DNA from: Candidatus Poribacteria bacterium
GTDB lineage: Bacteria; Poribacteria; WGA-4E; WGA-3G
Reading direction: 5' to 3'
Assembly (NCBI GenBank): GCA_963663765.2
Contig: CAXXUA010000008.1
Span: 52,320-116,319 of the forward strand
DNA: 64,000 nt
Below, in pieces: positions 1 through 9,027 of the stretch. Below the pieces are notes generated by a model. That model was not told where the DNA came from and did not search any database. It saw nothing but the letters and a program-made list of their open reading frames with translations. The position numbers and the translations under genes were made by a program. Position 1 is the first letter of the stretch; each line of letters starts with the position of its first letter.

Positions 1-81
1 TGGATTCGGACTTGTCCGTCCCTTCCCCTGTTCTGCCAATGCTAATGCGCGGTTCATAAACGCTTCATGCGTCTTGTTCAT
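1..81 (-). CDS. ribD: RibD riboflavin deaminase/reductase, 5' end only (runs off window)
   Basis: Manual translation from ATG at 81 gives MNKTHEAFMNRALALAEQGKGRTSPNP, the typical RibD N-terminus (M..AL.LA..G.G.T.PNP). Confidence 0.88.
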   Translation of the reverse strand, partial: MNKTHEAFMNRALALAEQGKGRTSPNP

Positions 82-127
82 CGCAATGTATCACCCACAG
101 TGCTTTATATATAAGTATACCACAAAT

Positions 128-640
128 TCAGATTAAATCAAAATCATTTTTGGGAACATCCATTGCCTCTAAGCACTCAAGTACCTCTGTCTGATCAACC
201 AAATCAAACTGATGCGTCCCTATATACATATACCGAATTGTCCCAAATTTGTCTATGATAAAGGTTGCAGGTCTTGCTATGTTGTAAGCCTCAAAACTGA
301 GCCAGTGATATACACCATAACTCTTGATGACACTTCTATCTTTGTCTACCAAAAGTGGAAAAGTGATACCGTTTCGTTCAGCAAACCCACGCAGTTCTCG
401 AGGCCATTGTCCAGCAATACCAATCGGAGTTCCATGATACTTGGCAAAATCATCAGAGTGAGCTTGCACTGCAGCCAACTGGCGGCGACTATTCGGTCAC
501 CATGTTCCCCTAAAAAAGGTCAAAACTACGTGCTGTTCATCACGAAAATTCTCCAACGACACAACCTGACGTCGATGTGACGGAAGTGAAAATTCCGGTG
601 CTATATCACCTATGTTGAGTATTTTGTTCTGACGTGGCAT
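128..640 (-). CDS. AhpC/TSA (peroxiredoxin-like) protein with in-frame UGA, probable selenocysteine at codon 48; 170 aa
   Basis: The frame of the 128..478 ORF continues upstream through a TGA at 499..497 to ATG 640: MPRQNKILNIGDIAPEFSLPSHRRQVVSLENFRDEQHVVLTFFRGTW(U)PNSRRQLAAVQ...FPLLVD...RPATFIIDKFGTIRY. The TGA sits where the peroxidatic Cys of FxRGxWCPxC falls. Confidence 0.88.
466..496 (-). promoter_or_regulatory. Candidate bacterial SECIS hairpin after the UGA of the peroxiredoxin-like gene
   Basis: mRNA reads UGA CCGAAUAGU CGCCGCC AGUU GGCUGC: a GC stem with one mismatch. The loop starts 17 nt after UGA with G in its second position. Confidence 0.55.
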
Positions 641-692
641 AGCATCATTTTCGCAGATAATTCATCATAAGTCAAGAGGGTAGGAAAAGATG

Positions 693-996
693 GGGTGTGT
701 AAAGTTTTTGCACAAGTCTTATTGTAGGTTGAAAAGATCGCAGTATTATTTAGTTTTCAATATTTTTGATAATATTTTGCTATGTCGTTAATTTTATGTG
801 ATACCATCTTGTATGTGTCTTTAGTCCCGTATAAAGATTATAGTGGATTTTAGAATTATTTTTACACTTTCAGGTGTAGGAGGGAACTCCGATTCACGAC
901 TATCAAGGCGTTCAGTCGCGATTCGGAGATCGCTCCTACAGAAGAAGTGTAAACTTAATTGTATATTTCACTTTAAGAGGAAATGCGTAAGTCCTG
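693..996. mobile_element. Nested MITE fragments with a GTAG-REP hairpin core (841..972 TAGTG-ended element)
   Basis: Ends GGGTGTGTAAAG (693), CAGTATTATTTAGTTTTC (741), TAGTGGATTTTAG...ATTTCACT (841..972) and TGCGTAAGTCCTG (984..996) all recur elsewhere in the window. Confidence 0.75.
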
Positions 997-1038
997 CATT
1001 TGAGAGTAAAACACTCAAAATCTCAAAGTTTTATTGTA

Positions 1039-1200
1039 ATCTTCCTTGTTTTCAGTGATAGCACCCACTACCTAAAGGTAGGGCTTCGGTTTCATAGCAA
1101 CTGCGGTTTTCTCATAAAGTCCACCGTCTGACTGTCGCTCCACCATCAGGCAGCTATCCCTGCCTGAAGTATATTTATAGCAGCGTTTATGTCTCGGTCG
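1039..1200 (-). ncRNA. Putative omega/reRNA of TnpB (approximate bounds); guide would be flanking sequence UGAAAACAAGGAAGAU
   Basis: Known biology: the reRNA overlaps the tnpB 3' end and right end, and the guide is the flank after the terminal tetramer (TCAC at 1058..1055). Confidence 0.6.
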
Positions 1201-2261
1201 TGGTGTGAACCACATTCAGAGCATGTCCACTGCCTATCAGAGAGTGTTAGATTGTTATTGTGGAAACCACAATCCGAACATGGCTTTGTCGTAGCTGTCC
1301 ATTGACTGACTTGAAGGAACTGACGCCTATGTTTTTGACACTTATATTTCAATATCTCAACAAACTGGTAGAAAGCAAGGTCGGAAACCTTGCGCCCCCA
1401 AAGCCGTTTCATACCGTCAAGGTTCAAGGTTTCAAGGACTATCGTATCAAACCTTTCACACAGATAAGTGGCAAGTTTCCAATGCCAATCTTTGCGTTGG
1501 TTAGCCGCTTTGCGATACAACCTTGCGAGTTGTCGGATACCACGGCACCATCTGTTAGAACCTTTAACCTTGCGAGAAAGCGATTTGTTGAGACTACGGA
1601 GTTGGTTCAAGGATTGTTTCAAAGGTTGCGGGTGTTGGATTTTCTCACCCGTGTTAAGTGTCAAAAAAGCATCTTTCATACCGAAGTCTGCCCCAACGTT
1701 CTGACCTGTTGTCGGCATCGGTCTAAAATCTGTGTAGGTTGTTATGATGTAAAGCCAATAATCCCCGCAGGCATCACGTTTGAGTGTGATACGTGCAATA
1801 CGTCCGTGAAACTCACGGTGTTTATGGAACGTATAAGGCACTTTATCAAATTGCCATTTACGCGTCTTGGAATTCCATTTACGAAATGTGATGGTGATAC
1901 GATTGTTTTTCAGATGCCACCCCGCGTGTCCAGGAAAAGTAATAGATTTAAACTTATGTCTCGGTTTGATATGCGGTCTACCGCCAAGTTTCTTGAAAAA
2001 ACGTTGATACGCTGCGTCAATACGTTTCAATTCTTCTTGAATCGCTTGACTCGGCAACGTTTTCCAATGGGGATGCGTGGTTGCCTTGAGTTCTGTAAGG
2101 TGAGCAGACATAGCATTATAGTTCGCATACGGCAAACCTTCTTTATAACGTTGACGCTGCCACTTATGGAAATACGCATGCACTTGCCACATATCGTCAA
2201 GCAGATTGCCAAGACGTATCGTATTAGACTGATTAGATATTTTATATTTATAGGTTTTCAT
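1146..2261 (-). CDS. tnpB: RNA-guided endonuclease TnpB
   Basis: N-terminal KTYKYKI, RuvC-I GADFG, RuvC-II VLETL, zinc finger CSDCG...CSECG, RuvC-III DRDINAA. Confidence 0.95.
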   Translation of the reverse strand: MKTYKYKISNQSNTIRLGNLLDDMWQVHAYFHKWQRQRYKEGLPYANYNAMSAHLTELKATTHPHWKTLPSQAIQEELKRIDAAYQRFFKKLGGRPHIKPRHKFKSITFPGHAGWHLKNNRITITFRKWNSKTRKWQFDKVPYTFHKHREFHGRIARITLKRDACGDYWLYIITTYTDFRPMPTTGQNVGADFGMKDAFLTLNTGEKIQHPQPLKQSLNQLRSLNKSLSRKVKGSNRWCRGIRQLARLYRKAANQRKDWHWKLATYLCERFDTIVLETLNLDGMKRLWGRKVSDLAFYQFVEILKYKCQKHRRQFLQVSQWTATTKPCSDCGFHNNNLTLSDRQWTCSECGSHHDRDINAAINILQAGIAA

Positions 2262-2373
2262 GGTATATCAAGTATCAAGTCTTTAACCCCCGTAAAGTGG
2301 GTAGGCAGACACATTGTCAAGCGACAATGCTTTACATGTCTGCCAACTTGATATTGTTAAGTATACTACAGCG

Positions 2374-2461
2374 TATCTCATAAATGTGATTTTGTCCAAA
2401 TTCACTGGATCGTGTGTTTGACATCTCGGGGTTAGAAACCCCTCCTACCATTTATGAGATA
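2374..2461. mobile_element. 88-bp MITE inserted inside the tnpB element
   Basis: 13-bp terminal inverted repeat TATCTCATAAATG/CATTTATGAGATA with internal REP GGGGTTAGAAACCCCTCCTAC. Confidence 0.7.
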
Positions 2462-2568
2462 GGTTGTATATTTTTCGCAAAATGTCAAATTTGTTTTCAA
2501 CCATAAACCCAACGTCCACCTACATCCCGCAAGCTAAAGCATGGGGTCTTGGCGGGAAGATTGATAAC

Positions 2569-3333
2569 CTAATATATTTCTTGAATCACATCACAAATGT
2601 CCGGTGCATCAGCAAGATAATCTTTTTTTACTTTTTCAATGAATTCAACAGGGATACCGTGTAGTGCTTCTGATATGGCACCAACAATTGCACCAAGTGT
2701 ATCAGAATCTCCACCCAAAGAAATAGCATTTCGTACAGCATCTTCATAACTCACTGATTCCAATGCGCAAGTTATTCCCTGTGGTACAGTTTCTTGACAA
2801 GTTTCCCTAAAATAGTAATGCGTTCGAATTTCGTCCACTGACTGAGATAAATCATAACCATATTCAGAAATAATCACTTCCCGGATAGTGTCACAATTTT
2901 CTCCTTGAAACGCAAGCCAGATAGCATGTGTTGTTGCACGCGCACCTTTCATACCTTCTGGATGATTATGGGTAATGGCAGTTACTTTATCAGAGGCATC
3001 AAGGGCAGCATTCAGGTCGTTACGATTTAAGAGTGCCGCTGGTGAAACACGCATTGCAGAACCGTTACCATAACTGTTATATGGCTCAGGTAGTTCATTA
3101 GAGATCCATTCTCTGAACATACCACCATAACTACAATTCGGATAACGTTGACACCATGCTTGCATTGTTTCTGCGGGTGGCAGATCATGAAGTAAAATAT
3201 CAGCAACCGCTGCTGTGCAAACAGAATCATCTGTGAAAAAACATTTTGACGAGAAAAACTCAAAATGTTTAGTTTTAATACGGTCCCATTCATAGATGGA
3301 ACCAACAATGTCACCTATAATTGCACCAAACAT
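2569..3333 (-). CDS. ADP-ribosylglycohydrolase (DraG/ARH family)
   Basis: Motifs GAIIGDIVGS, FTDDS, GNGSAMR, THNHPEG and GGDSDT. Confidence 0.93.
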   Translation of the reverse strand: MFGAIIGDIVGSIYEWDRIKTKHFEFFSSKCFFTDDSVCTAAVADILLHDLPPAETMQAWCQRYPNCSYGGMFREWISNELPEPYNSYGNGSAMRVSPAALLNRNDLNAALDASDKVTAITHNHPEGMKGARATTHAIWLAFQGENCDTIREVIISEYGYDLSQSVDEIRTHYYFRETCQETVPQGITCALESVSYEDAVRNAISLGGDSDTLGAIVGAISEALHGIPVEFIEKVKKDYLADAPDICDVIQEIY

Positions 3334-3493
3334 TTATCACCCCTTTGTAGTGATAGAATTAATAATCGTATTGTAGAATGGGAAACTGATTGAAGTGATT
3401 CTGTAAAAATCATGGGATTCTTCAGAGAGTATGAAGCATCAACTTCATTGTAAATCTGCATTATACTAAATGTTTATGGATCTGTCAAATTTA

Positions 3494-3746
3494 CAGGGTT
3501 ATTCAGTTTTAACCATTTTTCACATTTTTGTGAGAAAATCGCGACCGGGAGGTCGCTCCTACCGCGGTGTTCTTTTTTGAAAAATCCAAAAATTAGGAAA
3601 ACTGAATAACCCTGGTCAAATTTACAGGGTTATTCAGTTTTAACCATTTTTCACATTTTTGTGAGAAAATCGCGACCGGGAGGTCGCTCCTACCGCGGGG
3701 TTTCTTTTTTGAAAAATCCAAAAATTAGGAAAACTGAATAACCCTG
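3494..3746. mobile_element. Tandem pair of ~121-bp ISAs1-end MITEs (3494..3614 and 3625..3746)
   Basis: Terminal repeats CAGGGTTATTCAGTTTT / AAAACTGAATAACCCTG. The 10-bp target GTCAAATTTA occurs three times (3484, 3615, 3747). Core REP is GCGACCGGGAGGTCGCTCCTAC. Confidence 0.9.
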
Positions 3747-3799
3747 GTCAAATTTATTTCTGATTGATATTTCTATGAAATTCTTGTAAACTGAAACAG

Positions 3800-4912
3800 A
3801 TGTTTCAAAAAATAATTGAGATTCTCACCTTAATCGCTTCAACCATCGTGCAGTGTATCTTCTATAAGAGAGGGTTACCCAAGGAATTCACCCCTAAACG
3901 TATCCTCGTTGTAAAACTTGACCACATTGGAGATGTACTGCTATCAACACCAGTTTTTTCCAATTTACACCACGCATATCCAAACGCTGAACTCCACGCG
4001 CTAACAGGTAGATGGAGCCGTGTTATACTTGAAAACCACCCCAATGTAAATAAGGTATGGGTATACAATTCCCCAGCATTTTCACGTTCTGAAAAACCAA
4101 CAAGTCTAAAGGAAGTCTTACAGTTGTATCGAAACTTAAAAGGTCAAAATTACGACCTATTGATAAATCTACGTGGGGATTGGCGAATTGTCCTGTTTTC
4201 AATCTTTCGCGTCAGTTCAAACCGCATCGACCGTCCATCCTTACAAGTAGCAAATAAAGTTGGAATCACTCAGTTTAGCTGTAGACATGAAACAATCCGT
4301 AATCTTGATGTTCTGAAACAAGTGAGGATACCAACAACCATTCAACATGCAACTTTTTTTGTTACTCCTGAAAATGAGGAATGGGCATCCAAATTCCTGT
4401 TAGATCAGAATATCCAGTTAGATCAACCGATTATCGCATTACATCCCGGTTCTCCGATTACACTGAAGAGATGGATACCAAAGCGTTTTGCTGAATTAGC
4501 TGACTACTTGATTGCAGAAAAAAATGCAATAATTCTGTTTGTCGGCGTGAAAGACGAAATACCGATAATTACTGAAATACAAAACATCATGCATGGAGAA
4601 TCAATCAGTATCGCTGGCAAAACAAATTTAACGCAATTGGCATCAATATTGCTCAGATGTACTATGTTTATAGGTAATGACAGCGGACCGATGCATCTTG
4701 CTGCATCGGTTGGAACAAATACAATCGGATTATTCGGACCAGGAGACCCAGAAAGGTTTGGACCGATCGGGCACAATTGTGCAACTATTCGGAAAAAACT
4801 TGACTGTCCCCCATGCACAGGACAAGTTTGCAGATTCGGTGAACAAGGATGTATGTCAACTATACAGGTAACTGATGTGATCCAGACACTTGAAGCACAT
4901 AAATTTCTATAA
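3800..4912 (+). CDS. Glycosyltransferase family 9 (LPS heptosyltransferase-like)
   Basis: Motifs RILVVKLDHIGDVLL, ALHPGS, KRW, GNDSGPMHLAA and LFGP. Confidence 0.9.
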   Translation: MFQKIIEILTLIASTIVQCIFYKRGLPKEFTPKRILVVKLDHIGDVLLSTPVFSNLHHAYPNAELHALTGRWSRVILENHPNVNKVWVYNSPAFSRSEKPTSLKEVLQLYRNLKGQNYDLLINLRGDWRIVLFSIFRVSSNRIDRPSLQVANKVGITQFSCRHETIRNLDVLKQVRIPTTIQHATFFVTPENEEWASKFLLDQNIQLDQPIIALHPGSPITLKRWIPKRFAELADYLIAEKNAIILFVGVKDEIPIITEIQNIMHGESISIAGKTNLTQLASILLRCTMFIGNDSGPMHLAASVGTNTIGLFGPGDPERFGPIGHNCATIRKKLDCPPCTGQVCRFGEQGCMSTIQVTDVIQTLEAHKFL

Positions 4913-5168
4913 ATAGAATGAATTAATGTTAGGCAGTTATCTCTATTTATCCAAATTTCTTCTTAAATGCTTAATCTGTATTAGAATTTTCATAAGAATT
5001 AACTTGACTTTTTTTGGCACAAAAGATAATATGTTCTTTAAGACATACTTTAGTTTTTTTAGAAGGTTACTTACATATTCCTAACTTTATTTTTTCAGAA
5101 CATTGATTGATATAACATTTTGAATATTTACATCTGTATTTCAAAATAGATTTATGGAGGATTAGAAA

Positions 5169-5846
5169 ATGCAAAGGAAATTAAATTGGCACTTATACGT
5201 TCTGACATTAGTATGCATAATCAGTATAAGTATCATAGGTTGTGGGGATGACGATGATAGTGATTCCATGGTATCTCCTTCGTCTCAGCTAATAGATGTA
5301 GCAACAGCAGAACCTATTGATAATGCGAAAGAAAAAGCGGAAATTAATGCTACATTCAGAGAATTCTATAGAGCTTTCAATGCACGAGATCTAAATGATA
5401 TAAAGAAAATATGGTATAATCCATCTGATAATTCAGATGCATTTGCAGTCGCATGGTTCGTTGGAGGATATGTTGAACAGGTTGATCCGGCATTTGGATG
5501 GGTTCAAATCAGCGCAACGATAGAAGGTTTGTGGGCTCATCTCAGCACAAGAAATGATAAATGGACAGGAAGTAGCAGCTTCAGCGAATTTTATATCAGA
5601 AGAAGGGCAGCCGACCCAAATACATTAGAAGCAAGCGCAAGAAGTTATTCTTCCTACAGAAATCAGGGTGGTGCTGGTTCAACTTTTGTCTACTTAGTAA
5701 AACTAAAGCATGAAGATTGGAAAATTCAGCAAGTTGACAGTCATACACAGAATACTTTAAACAATCGCAAACCATTAAACTCACAACACCCTCCTAATCC
5801 ACGTATTACTAAATACTTTAACGACCCAGATACAAAAGTAAATTAG
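5169..5846 (+). CDS. Lipoprotein of unknown function, possible NTF2/SnoaL-like fold
   Basis: Lipobox IIGC followed by an acidic run, EFYRAFNARDL and a terminal WKI pattern. RBS GGAGG upstream. Confidence 0.6.
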   Translation: MQRKLNWHLYVLTLVCIISISIIGCGDDDDSDSMVSPSSQLIDVATAEPIDNAKEKAEINATFREFYRAFNARDLNDIKKIWYNPSDNSDAFAVAWFVGGYVEQVDPAFGWVQISATIEGLWAHLSTRNDKWTGSSSFSEFYIRRRAADPNTLEASARSYSSYRNQGGAGSTFVYLVKLKHEDWKIQQVDSHTQNTLNNRKPLNSQHPPNPRITKYFNDPDTKVN

Positions 5847-5848
5847 GC

Positions 5849-5961
5849 TGCCCCAATTTGTGCAGCCTAATTTCAATATGCACCTATTTGTGCATGTTTT
5901 GTTCGCTGAGCCTTAATACAAACGCTTGTTTTCAGTTTTATCTAATGGCATATAAATTGCA
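5849..5961 (+). promoter_or_regulatory. Sigma54 (-24/-12) promoter with two upstream activator-like palindromes
   Basis: TGGCAT-ATAAA-TTGCA at 5946..5961. TGCCCCAATTTGTGCA (5849..5864) and TGCACCTATTTGTGCA (5879..5894) lie 30 bp apart. Confidence 0.72.
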
Positions 5962-6019
5962 TAGGTAGATATAACTTTGTTGTCATTAATAAAATTTATT
6001 ATCAAGACTTAATCTAAAC

Positions 6020-6122
6020 AAGGACTCACACACCCAACGGTAGGCGTACTTTGCAAGCGCGCTGGAAAAACAATATTTTCATAACATTGTTTGATAAAAT
6101 CATGAAAATTGCGTAAGTCCTG
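6020..6122. mobile_element. CAGGACTTACGCA-ended MITE with REP
   Basis: Degenerate left end AGGACTCACACA, right end TGCGTAAGTCCTG, REP GTAGGCGTACTTTGCAAGCGCGC. Confidence 0.7.
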
Positions 6123-6155
6123 TTTTAACGAAACATAATTGTGAGGTAAAACCAA

Positions 6156-7634
6156 ATGAGTGCTAAGAGAACTTCTGGTGCCTTAATGACTTCGGTTGTA
6201 GTCCACTTAGTCATTATTCTTCTTGCTGGTGTCTATTTTGTAGCACAATCTGAGAAGTTTAAAGACTTAGTCGGTATCCAATTTTCTAAACCCCCTAATG
6301 CACCGAAGCCTAAGGTACGTAAACCTATCGTCAAACAATTTACTAAACCTATCGTTCCAAACCAGATTACCCACGTGACAGAACAAGTTCAAGTTCAGCC
6401 ACGTCTTACTACAGCTTTTGCCCCTAAGGAAGTAGCACAACAAACACAAGCAGTTCTGGAATTCTCCAATCAGGTCATCAAGGTCGATGCACCGATTAAT
6501 CCAAACGTACCCAAAGTAGTGAAACCCAACACACCTGTCCCCGAAGTGGTTACACATACGGATTTACCTGTTTCCAATTCCCCGACGGCATTAGCATTTG
6601 CTGGTCCCGTCGCAAGCGCACCAGCAGCAGGTCCAGCTAACATCGTACGCGGTATTGCAGGAAGTGTTCAAGTAAACATTTCAGTCGAACGACCAGCAGG
6701 GTTAGCAATGGTACAAAACGTCGGGGTTGCACGTGAAGCTCTCGGACAAGTCACTGATACAATTACACTTGGAAACGTTGAAGTGCCACCTTTACCTAAG
6801 GGAGAACCCGGCGGACGCGTTATAGGAAAAGGACGCGATATCCGTGGTGTTCTACGTTTCACACGCATACGCCATAACCTTTCTGACTGGTGGGCTGATT
6901 CATCTTCTCTCAACGCACTGACGAAATGGTTGAACGAAAGAACTGAAATCAAAACTGACATGAACGTTGAAGGCGGCGCACTAAAACTTACCGACTCCAA
7001 CCTATTTAAAACACCACTCGCATTCATGACTGGACACGATCCCGCTCTTGTCAGATCAAGAAACTTACTTGCAAGAGACCAAGGTGGCGGTAAAATGGAT
7101 AGCAGGCTCTCTCCCAACGAAGCTACCGCACTACGAGAATACCTCGTTGAAAAAGGTGGATTCCTCGTCTTTGATGATTGTGGTGTGAATGCCGCTGCAC
7201 AAGCAATGGTGCGGTTATTCATCGCACAAATGCGTAACGTCATGCCTGAACACCAAATTGAACGAATCTCAAATACACACGATATATATAATAACTTCTA
7301 TGAAATCGGTGGACCCCCAGTCGGTTTTGATATTTTCTGGTGGGGAACAAGACCACCAAAACGAAATTATCTTGAAGGATTCTCTGTCGGTGAAAAATTA
7401 GCTGTTATCGTCGTCAGACGCGACTATATGTGCGCAATGGAATCTGTCAGTTTACCAACACGAAGTGTACACTATTCACCAGGTGTCTATCGCTTTATGA
7501 CAAACGTGGTTGTGTATTCTCTAACACACGGGTCAATTGCCGATTACTCTGGCTATGTGCCTGAAGACACTTTAGCGCAGAAAGAACTACCAACACGTGC
7601 ACCAGAAGCAGCGAAAACCGGAGCAACTGAATAA
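6156..7634 (+). CDS. Membrane-anchored, Pro-rich-linker DUF4159-domain protein
   Basis: N-terminal TM helix SVVVHLVIILL and a Pro/Lys/Val-rich linker. The C-terminal domain has FMTGH, LREYLVEKGGFLVFDDC and TNVVVYSLTH, typical of DUF4159. Confidence 0.75.
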   Translation: MSAKRTSGALMTSVVVHLVIILLAGVYFVAQSEKFKDLVGIQFSKPPNAPKPKVRKPIVKQFTKPIVPNQITHVTEQVQVQPRLTTAFAPKEVAQQTQAVLEFSNQVIKVDAPINPNVPKVVKPNTPVPEVVTHTDLPVSNSPTALAFAGPVASAPAAGPANIVRGIAGSVQVNISVERPAGLAMVQNVGVAREALGQVTDTITLGNVEVPPLPKGEPGGRVIGKGRDIRGVLRFTRIRHNLSDWWADSSSLNALTKWLNERTEIKTDMNVEGGALKLTDSNLFKTPLAFMTGHDPALVRSRNLLARDQGGGKMDSRLSPNEATALREYLVEKGGFLVFDDCGVNAAAQAMVRLFIAQMRNVMPEHQIERISNTHDIYNNFYEIGGPPVGFDIFWWGTRPPKRNYLEGFSVGEKLAVIVVRRDYMCAMESVSLPTRSVHYSPGVYRFMTNVVVYSLTHGSIADYSGYVPEDTLAQKELPTRAPEAAKTGATE

Positions 7635-7679
7635 CACATCTTGCCTACAGTTGTTCGGTATTTATCTATAGACTATTTA

Positions 7680-7723
7680 GTATCTCCCGATAATGATTTT
7701 AGATTATCATTATCGGGAGATAC
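7680..7723. terminator. Perfect 18-bp-stem hairpin downstream of the DUF4159 gene
   Basis: GTATCTCCCGATAATGAT-TTTAGATT-ATCATTATCGGGAGATAC. The U-tract is weak. Confidence 0.5.
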
Positions 7724-7784
7724 TTGTACAAATGAACCATAAACCAAATTTCTACCTTTCTTCCGAAAAAAGATCTAAATATAC

Positions 7785-7985
7785 CAGGACGTACGCAGTT
7801 TTCATGATTTGATGAAGAATTATGACGAAAAGGGTGTAATTTTCAGCATTTTTTCGGTTTCCAGCGCCAAATCAAGAAATCAACGGTATGAATGCCTTTT
7901 GGCATTCCCCGCCTACAAAGCGCCAAATCAACGGTATGAATGCCATTTAGGCATTCCCCGCCTACCGTTGGGTGCGTAAGTCCTA
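7785..7985. mobile_element. CAGGACTTACGCA-ended MITE containing two micro-element insertions
   Basis: Terminal repeats CAGGACGTACGCA / TGCGTAAGTCCTA, 5-bp flanking duplication TATAC. Confidence 0.82.
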
Positions 7986-8060
7986 TATACATTAAACTTA
8001 TTGGAAATCCCAATAACTAAACACAAAATATAATTTGTCCTCACACCCGAATATTGTATA

Positions 8061-8216
8061 ATACCAATTCAAATAAATCTTGTCTCATTAAGGAATTCTA
8101 CTGTTTACTGGCAGGGGGTTACTCTCTTCGGTAGGAGCGACCTCCCGGTCGCGACCGGGAGGTCGCTCCTACCAGATTTCCGCTGATAATGAGACATTAT
8201 CACATGAAAATGGTAT
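8061..8216. mobile_element. ATACCA...TGGTAT-ended MITE with REP doublet
   Basis: Near-identical inverted copies at 58834..59116. Internal GTCTCATTA/TAATGAGAC and GTAGGAGCGACCTCCCGGTCGCGACCGGGAGGTCGCTCCTAC. Confidence 0.8.
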
Positions 8217-8257
8217 AATATAACTATGAAAATTAAAAAATCAACTCTCACATTATG

Positions 8258-8821
8258 CAAGGTTATTCAGTTTTCAATAATTTTGATAGTATTTTGTTAT
8301 ACCGTTAATATTTTGTAATACCCTCTTGTCCATGTCTTTAGTTCCGTAGGAACGATATGTTTATAGAAAATGTTTTCAACCCCAATAGAGTTCCGTAGGA
8401 ACGACATAGAAGAATAGACATATCGTCCCTACGGGACTAAAGACATGGGGAGGGTATTCGTTATCTATACACATATCGTCCCTACCAAATCAACGCCAAA
8501 TGCGCCAAATCAACGGTATGAATGCCATTAAGGCATTCCCCGTATGGCATTTGTCGGGACTAAAGAGCGATATTCAGTTTTCAATAAATTATAGTGAAAT
8601 ATGCAATTAAGTTTACACTTCTTCTGTAGGAGCGATCTCCGAATCGCGACTGAACACCTTGATAGTCGGGAATCGGAGTTCCCTCCTACACCTGAAAGTG
8701 TAAAAATAATTCTATAATTTACTATAAAATTGATGTGTAAAATTCGGTTAGGAAACCGAACCTGGGTATAAACTTTCAGTAAATCTCAATAACAGAAAAC
8801 TCTTAAAACTGAATAACCCCG
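8258..8821. mobile_element. ISAs1-end MITE with nested TAGTG element (8591..8725) and micro-elements
   Basis: Terminal repeats CAAGGTTATTCAGTTTT / AAAACTGAATAACCCCG, flanks CACATTATG/CACATTATA. Inverted homolog at 46992..47472. Confidence 0.82.
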
Positions 8822-9027
8822 CACATTATATTAGAACTATTACATATAGAACAATACCTTCGCCATTTTTGAGTGCTTCAGTTGAATGAGTATATAGTGT
8901 TGATCTACCATTGCTCTGTGATATTGTTAGGATTACATAAATAAAAATAACTTCAGGTTTTCGTTGAAGTATTTTTAATTATCATAGCGTCTAATTTGAC
9001 GATAGAATCTGACAGAATAATTTATAT

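Larger units (their letters stand above)
1055..2563 (-). mobile_element. IS200/IS605-family element carrying only tnpB (IS1341-like)
   Basis: Left-end hairpin near 2526..2556 (minus strand CAAGACCCCATGCTTTAGCTTGCGGG) follows a TTAT tetramer. Right-end hairpin GAAGCCCTACCTTTAGGTAGTGGG ends in TCAC at 1055. No tnpA ORF. Exact boundaries are inferred. Confidence 0.78.

Noticed and set aside
1146-2261. Cas12f/CRISPR effector or catalytically dead TldR
   Set aside because: No adjacent array, transposon ends are present and the RuvC residues are intact.
1260-2351. 363-aa plus-strand ORF
   Set aside because: Antisense shadow of tnpB with no recognisable motifs.
5015-5030. Sigma54 promoter at TTGGCAC
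   Set aside because: No TTGC at the required -12 spacing.
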